DNA of 64,000 bases from Candidatus Heimdallarchaeum endolithica. Its GTDB lineage: Archaea; Asgardarchaeota; Heimdallarchaeia; Heimdallarchaeales; Heimdallarchaeaceae. The translations under genes were made by a program, and so were the position numbers. Location: assembly GCA_021513715.1 (NCBI GenBank), contig CP084167.1:1792001-1856000 (forward strand), read 5' to 3'. This document shows, piece after piece, positions 1 to 10,608 of this stretch. The notes under the pieces were generated by a model. It worked only from the letters and a program-made list of their open reading frames with translations. It had not been told where the DNA came from and did no database searches. Numbering within the stretch: the stretch's first letter is position 1; the number at the start of each line of letters is the position of its first letter.

Positions 1-524
1 TCAATAACTTTTCCATTAGAAACAACAGCAATATTTGATGTACCACCGCCAATATCGATATTAATTATAATTTCACTATTTTCTTTTGAGTATTTTACCG
101 CTCCAGAGCCCATAGCTGCGATAACTGATTCAAAATTAGGACCAGCTGTTGCAGCAACAAAACGACCAGCTTTGTGAGCGAGAGCTTTCACTAAATCTTC
201 AGCATTGTGTTTTTTTGCGCTCTCACCAGTAATTATTACAGCCCCTGTATCGATATCGTCTGGTTTAATATTAGCTTTTTTATATTCATCCTTAAGAAAA
301 TTGATGAGTTCAAAGTAGTTAATTGTTTGATTCTTAACATCTATTGGCGTAAGAATTATTTTTCCTCTATATAATATTTTTCTCTCTGTTACCTCAAATT
401 TTAATCTCCCCTGTGGAGAATAAACCTTTTCTAGCTTTAATAAAGAATAAACAATATGGCTTGTAGTAGTTCCAACATCAATACCCAAACTTTTCAAATA
501 TATAGGTTTGTGCTCATCATCCAT
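1..524 (-). CDS. eutA: EutA-like ethanolamine ammonia-lyase reactivase (5' part; runs off window start)
   Basis: Manual translation from ATG at 524 gives SLGIDVGTTTSH, DTGAVIITGESAKK, ATAGPNFESVIAAMGSGA and NIDIGGGTSN, which match EutA motifs. Not in the ORF track. Confidence 0.8.
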   Translation of the reverse strand, partial: MDDEHKPIYLKSLGIDVGTTTSHIVYSLLKLEKVYSPQGRLKFEVTERKILYRGKIILTPIDVKNQTINYFELINFLKDEYKKANIKPDDIDTGAVIITGESAKKHNAEDLVKALAHKAGRFVAATAGPNFESVIAAMGSGAVKYSKENSEIIINIDIGGGTSNIAVVSNGKVI

Positions 525-623
525 CCTAATTCATAAAAAGGGATTCCACTTCTCTTTTAAATCTTTGTTTAAACGATAAGTAAAAAAGGTTCATATTGAT
601 TTTCCTATCACTCACAAAAAAAC

Positions 624-1644
624 TGTTCACTCAATAGACCTGGGTTACACTTTTGGGCACTAGAGAAACGTAAGGGTGATTCATAAATCTTTCTCCAGGA
701 GTAAGGAGGTTAAGAGACTGGTGAGGACGACTAAAATTGTAGTACGAGCGATAGTAAGAGAGGTCGGAGTTGCAGTATTTTAGTCCTAATCTTTCCATCT
801 CACGGATGATGGTTGGGTTCCATGTAGTCTTTCTACTTTTCCGCATGTTTCGGGGTGAAAAACTCTAGCTCTGATGTGTTTTATTCCTTCTGTTTGACAC
901 CAACGGGAGAAGGTACTTGTTCCTCCTCTAACGGAAGAGAAGAGTGCTCCATTGTCTGTGAGGATAGACTCGGGGTGACCATATTTTTCTATTGCTTCTT
1001 CTAGCAAGCTTATTATTTGCTCTTTTTTTGGCGCAAAAGGGTGAAGTTTAGCTCCTAGACAGAATCGTGAGTGATCATCTATTAGAGTTATGAGGTGGAG
1101 ATGTTGTCCTTGTTCTTCTACCCAGAATGGTCCTTTCACATCTATCTGCCAGAGTTCGTTAGGTTTTTCTCGCTCAAATCTCTTGTATCGAGGTCTCTTC
1201 CTCTTTTTCCTATTACTCCACAGAGGAAGACCAAGCTCTCCTATTACTTTAATTACTGTATTTCGCGATAATCCTCTTCCTTCTTTCTTCAACAGATAAG
1301 CTATCTTCTCCACATTCATTCCTTGTTTTATTCTTAACTCCCTTATCCTCTCTCTTAACTCCTCATCTACTTTCCTGTGTATAGTTTTTGGTCTGGAAGA
1401 TCTATCCTTCCACCATTCTCCTTCAGGGTTCTTTCTGAACCTCTTTAACCACTTATACACAAACTTCCTACTCACCATATAGTCGTGAGCTACCTTTTTT
1501 ATCTTCTCTTTTCTCCTTCCAAAGCTTTTTTAACCACAATCTTTCTTAGTCTCTCTAGGTTACGTTCGGGTTTGTTCATGTTTAATCACTTACCCTCGTA
1601 ACCCACTTTCTATTTATTTGTTACCAACGTAGGTAGAGTATACA
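624..1644 (-). mobile_element. IS481-family insertion sequence, copy 1 (1021 bp)
   Basis: TGT...ACA ends with imperfect ~26-bp TIRs. 17-bp direct repeat ATCACTCACAAAAAAAC at 607-623 and 1645-1661. Homologous to 45854-46864. Confidence 0.9.
631..1579 (-). pseudogene. IS481 transposase (HTH + rve DDE), two frameshifts
   Basis: WQIDVKG, IDDHSR, ILTDNG and GKVERLH motifs. Two 5-bp insertions (~811-819, ~1502-1510) relative to copy 2. Confidence 0.88.
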
Positions 1645-1703
1645 ATCACTCACAAAAAAACAATAAACTTTAAAATGTCTAATAAAACACCTAATTTAGA
1701 TTA

Positions 1704-2693
1704 GTGATGTCGCAATTAAATGTTGAAAAAACAGATTCATCTGAAGAAACTAAACTTGGTCCAAGAACAGAAAAAGAAGTTTGGCAAGATTGGGGAAAAA
1801 GTATTCTTTCATGGTTAGGAGACAAAATCCATTCTCCAATGGGTGTTTGGTTTATCAGTATCTGGTTGGTAAGCATCATCACAATGTGTATTACAAACTC
1901 GTTAAGAGGAGAACCTTTTTTCAAAGGACCTAGCTACTGGATAGGGGTTTTTCTTACTTATGGGTTAAATGTAGGACAAGATCCTTCATACAGATTTATT
2001 GCTAAACCAGTAGTTAATTGGATTTTTGCACCAATGGTAGTGATTACCTTAGGAATAACGCTATTTATTTTACCTGATTGTGGATTCTTTAGAAATGGAG
2101 CTTTTCCTAAAGAGGAACTTGATTTCCAGAAAACATATATGTTTTTCAACACTGATGTTTGGGGAAGTAATCTAGTCAACCCTGATCATCCAAAATGGAC
2201 AGTAATGTATCTTTGGATTGTATGGATGCCAGTGTTTCTTGGAACTGCAATTACATCTATATACAACTATATTGTGTTCAAGAGAATAAAAAAGAGAAAA
2301 AGAACAATCCCTAAACCAACTAAAACCTTACTATATAGTTTAATATCAACTTTTATTGTTGGCGTTGCAATGGCTTTAATGACAGGTAACATTGAGCTAC
2401 GGTTTAGGGGAATCTTAAGATCTGTATTTATCGAAAGGAAGACAAATAGTTTCTTTATTTATGGAACACAATACAATTTAAGTGGCCAATATCACCCTAT
2501 TGGTTTGGCGTTAACGATGTGGTTAATAAATTTATTACCCTTTGCTCTTGTTTATATGATGTTTTTGATAACTATGAACATCGATAAGATATGGATTAAT
2601 AGAAAAAAAATTGTTGAAAATATAAAGACCAAAATAAAGAGAGAAAAAGTCGGTGACTTGTTCCACGAACAGCAAAAAATCAATCAAAATTAA
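1704..2693 (+). CDS. Multi-pass membrane protein, unknown function
   Basis: 329-aa ORF with about 5 hydrophobic segments. Confidence 0.7.
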   Translation: MMSQLNVEKTDSSEETKLGPRTEKEVWQDWGKSILSWLGDKIHSPMGVWFISIWLVSIITMCITNSLRGEPFFKGPSYWIGVFLTYGLNVGQDPSYRFIAKPVVNWIFAPMVVITLGITLFILPDCGFFRNGAFPKEELDFQKTYMFFNTDVWGSNLVNPDHPKWTVMYLWIVWMPVFLGTAITSIYNYIVFKRIKKRKRTIPKPTKTLLYSLISTFIVGVAMALMTGNIELRFRGILRSVFIERKTNSFFIYGTQYNLSGQYHPIGLALTMWLINLLPFALVYMMFLITMNIDKIWINRKKIVENIKTKIKREKVGDLFHEQQKINQN

Positions 2694-2855
2694 TATTTTT
2701 ACCAACTTTACTTATTTTTATATTTATTTTTGTTTAGTATAGACAATTAAAAACATTTTAACAATGATTATGTATCAGAAGAAATTGTAATAATAAATGA
2801 AAGGATATATAACTTAAGAAAAAAAATTACTGTAAAAAGAGATATATGAATCCTC

Positions 2856-3776
2856 ATGATTAGCTCAAATAACAAACTTGATTCAAGAGAAAGAAGAAAT
2901 AAGGTTGTTTTGCTAGCTGAGGATTTAATAAAAATTTATAGGACTGGTGAAAGTGAAACACAAGCACTTAGAGGAGTTTCATTAAAAGTTCATGAAGGAG
3001 AAAAGGTTTTTCTTATTGGTCCTTCTGGAAGTGGAAAAACAACATTAGTAAATATTTTAGCAGGAATTGATAAACCTACTTCTGGCAAAGTGTTTTGGGA
3101 AGATTTAAGGGAAGATATTACAAGAAGTTCTCACGAAGCAATTATAAAAAATAGGAGAAACTATGTGGGAGTAATTTTTCAAGATTCAAAACTTATACCT
3201 CATTTAACAGTAGAAGAGAATATTAGATTAACAGCACATTACGCAAATTTAGACAGTGATGAAACAGAAAAAAGATTGGAATTCATCTTAAAATTTATGG
3301 GGATATGGGAAAAAAGAAATAAAAAACAGAATAAACTCTCTGGAGGAGAACAAAAAAGAGCAGCAATAGCTTCTACTTTAATTACTAACCCTAGAATAAT
3401 CATAGGCGACGAGCCAACAGGAAATTTAGACATAGTCACTTCCAATAAAATACTTGATCTACTAGATAAAATAAATGTAGAATTAAACGTTGCTTTACTA
3501 ATAGTGACCCATTCACAACTTGTAGCACAAAGAGCTGATAGGATTATAGAATTTAGTGACGGAGTAATTCTAGCGCAACATAGTAAAAATATTCAATTAA
3601 GAGAACTAAAGAGAACTAGAGAATTAGAAATGGATAGACAGAACAGGATTCACATCCCACAATCAATTCTCGAAGAACTAAACAATCCAAAACATTTTAC
3701 AATTAATTTAGAAAACAAAAAAATTGTCCTACGGCCCATATATCAACAAGAGGATGAACGTGAAAATATAGGTTAA
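2856..3776 (+). CDS. ABC ATPase (LolD/MacB type) with C-terminal AbrB/SpoVT-like domain
   Basis: GPSGSGKT, LSGGEQKR, GDEPTGNLD and VTH motifs; C-terminal MDRQNRIHIP...IVLRP. Confidence 0.88.
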   Translation: MISSNNKLDSRERRNKVVLLAEDLIKIYRTGESETQALRGVSLKVHEGEKVFLIGPSGSGKTTLVNILAGIDKPTSGKVFWEDLREDITRSSHEAIIKNRRNYVGVIFQDSKLIPHLTVEENIRLTAHYANLDSDETEKRLEFILKFMGIWEKRNKKQNKLSGGEQKRAAIASTLITNPRIIIGDEPTGNLDIVTSNKILDLLDKINVELNVALLIVTHSQLVAQRADRIIEFSDGVILAQHSKNIQLRELKRTRELEMDRQNRIHIPQSILEELNNPKHFTINLENKKIVLRPIYQQEDERENIG

Positions 3777-3778
3777 AG

Positions 3779-4288
3779 GTGAAGTTACATTACATTAGAA
3801 AAATGAATTCTGTAATAAAAATATTAGGAGAAATTAAAATGAAAGGCGACACAGAACAAACAATTAATAAAGAAAAAACAAAAAGCGAAACAGAAATCAA
3901 AAATGCTCAAATTCAAGCCAAATGGGATGTTATTCTACTAACAGGTTTTTTTTCATCTTTAGTGTTTTTTATCATAGATGCAATAATTGCACTTATTTTT
4001 ATATTTGGACTAAAAAGAGATGCAATATTGACTTTAGGAGCGTTTGAATATATTTTATTAGGTGAAGTAGCAATTGTAGTTATATGGGGAGCCTGTGTGG
4101 GTAATATTAAACAGTCAGTAGTGATTCAAAAAGTAAAAGAAAAAATAACAAAATCAGAAACAATAAATAAATTTACAATTAGAGAAGCAACCTTTAACGC
4201 TATTTCATATTATTTTGCTGGAGCATTTCTATTCATTTATTTGATTGTATTGCACAAAATATTGCAAATTTTAGTAGAAATTACATAA
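3779..4288 (+). CDS. Small membrane protein (3 TM); real start may be ~3839
   Basis: Hydrophobic segments; directly follows the ABC ATPase. Confidence 0.65.
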   Translation: MKLHYIRKMNSVIKILGEIKMKGDTEQTINKEKTKSETEIKNAQIQAKWDVILLTGFFSSLVFFIIDAIIALIFIFGLKRDAILTLGAFEYILLGEVAIVVIWGACVGNIKQSVVIQKVKEKITKSETINKFTIREATFNAISYYFAGAFLFIYLIVLHKILQILVEIT

Positions 4289-4450
4289 TAGATCACAAAA
4301 AAAATCTATAAATTTTAAAGAAATTAAAGGTACAAGAGGATATAATTTAAACAAGCCATCAATGACACCCAAAAAGTTTATTAAGTTTCTGTTGATTCTA
4401 TAATTGCCTCCATTTATTTACTTTAAATGGAAAAAAAGGTGAATTAAAAA

Positions 4451-6217
4451 ATGAATAAAAAAGCATTTTTAGGGATTGCACTGATATTTGTTGTTAGTGC
4501 ATCAATGATCCCAGCATCCGCTGCAGAAGGAGATATTATACCTGCGTTCTACATAAACTTATTATCACCAAACACCAATCCTGCCAGAAACCAATGGGCA
4601 GCATTGATGGAAAATCAATTACCAAAAATCGGAATTGGTATTGCTTTCCATGAATCCACTGGTTGGGGTAACATCATGCCTCGTACATGGTCATACCCAG
4701 TTGGTGAAGAAGGTAAGTTCGATTACATTCCAACATATGAAGATGGTGGTTATGATATCCTTTTTGTAGGTTGGAGTTGGGGATTAGACTGGGATCCAAC
4801 AGGACTTTATGATACAGCCAGTATTGTTCCAGCTGGAGACAATATGTACCAATACAGTAATCCTACGTATGATGCAAAACTTGTAGAATACACATCAGAA
4901 CTTGACGACACTGCACGTATTGCTAAAGCTAAAGAATTACAAGCTATTCTCTATGATGATTTGCCATCAATTACACTCATCTATCCTAGAGAAGTATTTG
5001 GTTTTGCTAAAACCTTAAGTGGAATTGACACTCTATTATTAGGAACTAGTGCTCAGCGTCCAGAAAATTGGAGAACCACAGAATCTGATTCTACCATCAC
5101 TTATGCACTTCCTGCTGAATTAACAGAATACAATATCTTTGTCCAAGAATCTTATTATGATGCTCAATGGATGAGCTGTGTTTATTATGGTCTCTTCGGA
5201 CGAAGTCAAGATGAGCACCTAATGGAACCAGTTATTGCAAAGAATTACAGTGTTTCAGAGAATAAATTAACCTTTACTGTTGACATTAATCCTGATGCTT
5301 ACTTCAGTAATGGAGATCCTGTAACTGCTTATGATGTTGATTATACTTATGAGTTACACATGACTCCTGCAGTTGCATCCAGTTCTTATGGTTATCTAAC
5401 AACCTTCTTTGAGGATAATGATTCAATTAAGGCTTTAGATGACGATACTGTTCAATTTACTTTGAAACAGCCATACGCTTTTGCTTTAAGTCTTTTAAGC
5501 TATGCTATCATCAATAAAGATCTAGTTCAAGCTTACATCGAAGAAAATGGTTATGATATGGGAGCACTAGATCAAGCTTTAGTTACTGGTGCTGGTCCAT
5601 ACATGCTTGATGTTGATGATTATGATACAACTACTAGTACTGTTACATTACAACCCAATCCACATTGGGCTTTAACAGATGATGATCTTGTTGAAAAATT
5701 GATTTTCACATTTATCTCTGGTAAAGATACTGCTATTGCTGCTCTTGCTGATGGAACAGTTGATATTGTAGACTCACAATATGCACCTGTTGAATCAGAC
5801 TATGAAGGCATTGATGCAAATGTAGTAGTAGCTAAAACTCCAGCCACACAAGAAATGGCTATCAACTTAAAGCATCCAATCATTGGTACTGGAGAGCTCA
5901 CCCCTGCTGGAACAGTTGATGCAGCAAAAAGCATCAGAAAAGCTATTAGTCATGCTGTTCCTCGCGAGACAATCGTAACAGAGATCTTACAAGGACTTGG
6001 AGCACCTGGTATTAACCCAATGCCTGATGCTTCAGTAGGTTTTGATACCTCATTAGAACCATACACCTATGATCTTGAATTAGCTAAGTCTCTAATAGAA
6101 GATGCAGGATACACATTAGAAACTGAAACAGCAATTAAAAGTGGAATCCCTGGATTAGTCTTCATTTCCTTCTTAGGTGTTGCTTCTTTAGTAGCTTTAA
6201 GAAGATTCAGAAAATAA
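4451..6217 (+). CDS. ABC substrate-binding protein family 5 (OppA/DppA-like), circularly permuted, with signal peptide and C-terminal membrane anchor
   Basis: FSNGDPVTAYDV, GAGPY and IRKAISHAVPRETIV motifs; N-terminal signal peptide; C-terminal PG-hydrophobic-RRFRK tail. Confidence 0.85.
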   Translation: MNKKAFLGIALIFVVSASMIPASAAEGDIIPAFYINLLSPNTNPARNQWAALMENQLPKIGIGIAFHESTGWGNIMPRTWSYPVGEEGKFDYIPTYEDGGYDILFVGWSWGLDWDPTGLYDTASIVPAGDNMYQYSNPTYDAKLVEYTSELDDTARIAKAKELQAILYDDLPSITLIYPREVFGFAKTLSGIDTLLLGTSAQRPENWRTTESDSTITYALPAELTEYNIFVQESYYDAQWMSCVYYGLFGRSQDEHLMEPVIAKNYSVSENKLTFTVDINPDAYFSNGDPVTAYDVDYTYELHMTPAVASSSYGYLTTFFEDNDSIKALDDDTVQFTLKQPYAFALSLLSYAIINKDLVQAYIEENGYDMGALDQALVTGAGPYMLDVDDYDTTTSTVTLQPNPHWALTDDDLVEKLIFTFISGKDTAIAALADGTVDIVDSQYAPVESDYEGIDANVVVAKTPATQEMAINLKHPIIGTGELTPAGTVDAAKSIRKAISHAVPRETIVTEILQGLGAPGINPMPDASVGFDTSLEPYTYDLELAKSLIEDAGYTLETETAIKSGIPGLVFISFLGVASLVALRRFRK

Positions 6218-6299
6218 AATCTATTTCTTTTTTTCTTTTTTTTATTGCAAATAATTTTTATTAAAAGAGTAAAATTTTGCAAACAGTTAATTGCATTTA

Positions 6300-6638
6300 T
6301 TAGTCTTTAGGCTGTTTTTTAAACTCACTTATGGGAAAGATTAATCCAAGTTCTATCAATAAAGTAAGCATTTTTTTGAAATTAACTACTTTATAGGTGT
6401 TTTTAACAGAAATTTGTTTTACCATTCTATTATTAATTAAATAATTCAAACATTTTTTTACTGAATCATGTTTAATACCAGTTACTTCTGCCAATTCATC
6501 AAGTGTCATCCCTTCTTCATACATACTGAGTGAAACACCTACAACACCTAGATTTATTCTTTCCATTACTTCTGTTGGCAACATATCTGAAAGTTCATCA
6601 TTATTTTTTTCTTTTTTTTCATCCATTTCTTTCACCAC
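6300..6638 (-). CDS. Small winged-helix protein
   Basis: MTLDELAEVTGIKHDSVKKCLNYLINNRMV HTH pattern. Confidence 0.7.
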   Translation of the reverse strand: MVKEMDEKKEKNNDELSDMLPTEVMERINLGVVGVSLSMYEEGMTLDELAEVTGIKHDSVKKCLNYLINNRMVKQISVKNTYKVVNFKKMLTLLIELGLIFPISEFKKQPKD

Positions 6639-6641
6639 ACC

Positions 6642-7232
6642 CTAGTTATTTGTGAGAACTTTTTCAAAATAAGATTCGACAAGATGGGGGGGAATACCAA
6701 TATCTTTCAATTGTTTTTTAATTTCTAGCACAGTATGCTTTTTTCTTAATTCCTTATATTGGAAAGCTATAAATTCTCCATATTCCCAAGGGTATACAAT
6801 CCATTTATCTGTTAGATTGATATAAAAATCAGGTACAACAATACTATGCTTTTTATAATGTAATGTTGCAGTTTTGATAGATTTCGGACCTTTTGTTTTT
6901 ATGTGTTCTATTGCAGCTTGAAGGCTTTTTCCTGAATCGGCCACATCATCCACAATTAATATTTTTTTATTTTTTACTTCTGCTGTCAATTCTTGTGTAA
7001 TGATTGGGTTTTCTCTTACTTGGGACGTATCTCGATAAAACTCTATTTTTATGTTAGCAGTAAATTTATTCCCATAAAAATCAGAAAGCAATCTAGCTGG
7101 AATCCACCCACCACGAGCAATACCTACAATAATATCAGGAAATTCATTAGCATTTATTAGTTTTTCAAACAAATAATAACACATGTTATACGCTTCGTCC
7201 CAGCTTACTATTTCATACTGCAAAACTAGCAC
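6642..7232 (-). CDS. Purine phosphoribosyltransferase (HGPRT/XPRT-like)
   Basis: IARGGWIPA, ILIVDDVADSG PRPP motif, WIVYPWE. Confidence 0.9.
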   Translation of the reverse strand: MLVLQYEIVSWDEAYNMCYYLFEKLINANEFPDIIVGIARGGWIPARLLSDFYGNKFTANIKIEFYRDTSQVRENPIITQELTAEVKNKKILIVDDVADSGKSLQAAIEHIKTKGPKSIKTATLHYKKHSIVVPDFYINLTDKWIVYPWEYGEFIAFQYKELRKKHTVLEIKKQLKDIGIPPHLVESYFEKVLTNN

Positions 7233-7373
7233 CTCAAGAATATATTTCTCTTAAAGCTAATTTTTAAAAATATTGTCAAAGCTGCTATCATTGATTGTTA
7301 TAAATAAAAACATCTTAGAAAAGTATTTAATACGTGAATCTTATTTTTATTGAATTAACTTTTAGGTGATAAT

Positions 7374-9618
7374 TTGTCATTCATACAACATTTGAATTTA
7401 ACAGAAGATGAAAAAAAGATATATGAGTTTTTGCTAAACTTTGGAAATTTAACAGCAATAGAACTAGCCAATTTTGCTGGAACTAATTTCCAAACCGTAA
7501 AAAATGCTTTAAGTTCTTTAATTGAAAAAGGGGCTGTTGGTGAAACCAAAGGATATATCAAAAAGTATTTTGCAAGGATACCACTAGCATATCTTGGAGA
7601 AAAGAGTACAAATATTTCCAGTCAAATCAACGAAAATCTTACATCAGCCTCGTCCTCTCTCACAAATGAAAAAGAGAAACTCGTAGAACTTAAATCAAAA
7701 ACAAAAACCAAAATTACAGAGGAGATTGAGCACAAGAAGAAAAGTTTAGATTCTCAGATGAATACTAAAAAAGAAGAGATACTGTCTAATATAGAAGAAA
7801 TTAAAGAAAACAATTCTAAGAGAATTGATGAAATTCGATCTCAAATAGAAGAGAATATCGATTCTTTAAAGAATGAAATTAATTCTGAACTTAGTGAAAG
7901 TACAGGAAAAGCTTTAGATGCAGTTTCTAGCTCAAAAAAACAAATAATTGATTCAAAAACAGGACTAATAACAAACTTAGAAAATGAGACAACAAAGATT
8001 ATTGAAGAAACATCAGTTTCAGTTAAGACAAAGAAGGATGATATCAATAATGTTACAACTAGTCTTCAACCGAAATTAGAAGAATTAAAAAACAGCCTAT
8101 GTAGGTGAATTTGATGAAATCAGCAATATTACAAAAGCAAACTTTGATTTGGCTAAAGTAGATCTAAAAGAATTTAACGAAAAACAAGCAGCAAAAACTC
8201 TAGATTACTCCCAAAACATTACAACTGAATTAGGCAAAACTTTAGACAGTGCAACTGTTACAGTAAAAAGTCATTTAGACACTCTCAATAACAACTTAGA
8301 AAATTTGTTAAATACTAAAACAGAAGAGATGGTACTAAAGATCAAAGAGACATTAGCTTCTTTAAGTAATGAAATAGAAGCAATAAAAGGTGATCTTGTA
8401 GCAGAGATGGTACAACAAAAAAGTGCTGTTGTTGCTTCTACACTACTAAAAATAAAAGATGAACTAGCAATCAAATTTACAGATTTTACAAACGAGGAAC
8501 AACGAAGAAAACAAGAACTTATGAGTGAAAAAGACATCTTTTCACAAAAATTAGATGCCTATTATAATGAGACTATAGACGAATTTAGCAAAAAAATTGA
8601 GGAAATAAAAACTAATGCAGAACAAAAAGTGGCCAATATTAATTCTAAAACATTGAGTGAGTTCACATCCCTCTCTGAACAGATAATTTCGATTTTATCG
8701 GAACATCAAGAGACTTTCAGCAAAAGCATCAATGATATCAAAACTAAGATAAGTCAAGAATTAGAAAAAAATGCCAATGAAAACACTGAAACGTTAAACA
8801 ACATTGAAAATATGCTTAAAACTATAATCGAAACTAATTCAACAAAAATAGAAAGTCTTTACAACCAAACAAAGTCAACTATAGAAACACAAACAAAAAA
8901 TATCCGAGAGACAATTATGGGAGCAGTTGACAACATAGTTAATGACACTCTGGAAACGGCAAATGCATTAGTTTCCATCTCAAAAGGAGAGATAGATAAA
9001 ACAAAGAGCTTTATTGAAGAAATGATAGAAAAAGAAATAGAAAGTAGTTTTGGTATAATGGAAGAAACACATTTAAATCTAGAAAAACTAGCTAAAGAAC
9101 TGATGAGTGTTTCTGTGCAACTCGGAGAAGATTTCCAAACTTTAGAAGCTAAGACAACAACAGTAAAAGAACCAGATATACATACAACAGTAATTACAGG
9201 TGTTGATGCAGTTGAAGAGCATATAAAAGACATATTAAAAGATATTAAAACAAAGGGAACATTATTTGTTCCAACAAAAAGATCTGTACCTGTTGAAATA
9301 CTAAAATCACTAAAAAGTTCAGTACAAATTACAATAGTTACAAAAATTGATGATGAAATGGACAAAGATTGGGTAAACGATTTACAGAAAAATACACAGG
9401 CAAACGTCATGATTAGAACGATAAGAGAAGGAGGAACAGATATACCTGTTATCTACGCAGTGGAAAGAGATAGTTCTGAGGTACTAGTAGCAATCGAGGA
9501 TGAGACCACAAAAGAAGTAGTTGGGATATTATCAAATTCTACCGAATTTGCGAAAGTTCTGTCATTCACCATACTTAGCAATTACTTAACTGGAGCAGCT
9601 TCTAGACAAATAAGATAA
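7374..9618 (+). pseudogene. TrmB-HTH / long coiled-coil / TrmB-PLD-like protein split by one extra A (8087-8092); real frameshift or assembly error
   Basis: ORFs 7374-8108 and 8149-9618 join in frame if one A is removed from the A6 run. Same architecture as 55323-57620. Confidence 0.75.
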
Positions 9619-9745
9619 AAAACCTTTTTTTATTCTTTTTTGCTAAAAAAATTTAATTCTGAGACATGATTCACAGTTAGGTTTTTAGCGTAAAGATTAT
9701 AAGCGAAAACAATTTTTCCTAGTTAACAACAAAGGTGATTAAAAA

Positions 9746-9922
9746 ATGCCAACAGTAGTAGATGAATCATGTTGTGTAGGCTGTGGAGCTTGTGTAGACG
9801 TTTGTCCAGAGAATGTTTATGACCTAATAAATGACATAGCAGTTCCTGTTCGAAAAGAAGATTGCACAGACTGCGGCCTATGTATTGATGAATGTCCTTC
9901 AGAATGTATTGATTTTGAATAA
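9746..9922 (+). CDS. 2[4Fe-4S] ferredoxin (58 aa)
   Basis: MPTVVDESCCVGCGACVDVCP...CTDCGLCIDECPSECIDFE; GGTGA RBS; not in the ORF track. Confidence 0.93.
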   Translation: MPTVVDESCCVGCGACVDVCPENVYDLINDIAVPVRKEDCTDCGLCIDECPSECIDFE

Positions 9923-10002
9923 ATCAATATCTTTGCTTTTTCTTTTTGTTTTTAATGCTATTTTCCAAATATTTAATTTACTGAAAAATATGAAGATTAC
10001 TT

Positions 10003-10515
10003 TTAACCAAATTTTTTGTCACACCGACCTCTATATTTACAATCCAAGCAAAATTCTCTTTCCCAAATTCTTTGAAAAAAGTCTATTAACTTCCATATTT
10101 CTAAATAGTCTTCTATAATCACACCTATTTCCCAATTTCTTGCAGAGGTTTCAACTTTTCCCATTCCTGTTCCAGTTAAGTTTCCAGAACCTACATATGC
10201 TTTTTTCTCATCAACAATAAACACTTTTCCATGGCTTCTTGGGCAGTGAAAAACAAGTGAAGGATCATGAGATTCTATTTTTTTAATTAATGTTGATTGT
10301 GTTGAATCTTTTCCACTAATAATTTTTAAATCAATATCTTTACTTAATGCAATTAAAACCTCTGAAATGCGATATGTTTTCTTTGAAATAATCTGTACTC
10401 TAAAATCACTTGATACTCCAGTCATAATCCACAGACTTTTTTTTGCCTTAAACGCCACTTTACGTAAAAACTCATCATAAATCTCTTTATTTACTATCAA
10501 AGAGTTTGACATCAA
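10003..10515 (-). CDS. Phospholipase D-family (HKD) nuclease-like protein with C-terminal Cys cluster
   Basis: HGKVFIVD...GSGNLT...NWEIG; C-terminal CLDCKYRGRC. Confidence 0.8.
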   Translation of the reverse strand: MMSNSLIVNKEIYDEFLRKVAFKAKKSLWIMTGVSSDFRVQIISKKTYRISEVLIALSKDIDLKIISGKDSTQSTLIKKIESHDPSLVFHCPRSHGKVFIVDEKKAYVGSGNLTGTGMGKVETSARNWEIGVIIEDYLEIWKLIDFFQRIWEREFCLDCKYRGRCDKKFG

Positions 10516-10608
10516 TTACTTTATTATTTTTAGTTTTTTAAACTCTGCTAAAAAAATCTAGTAAATATGTTATCAAAGCTTAAATACTGAAACCACTGTT
10601 GTTGAACA

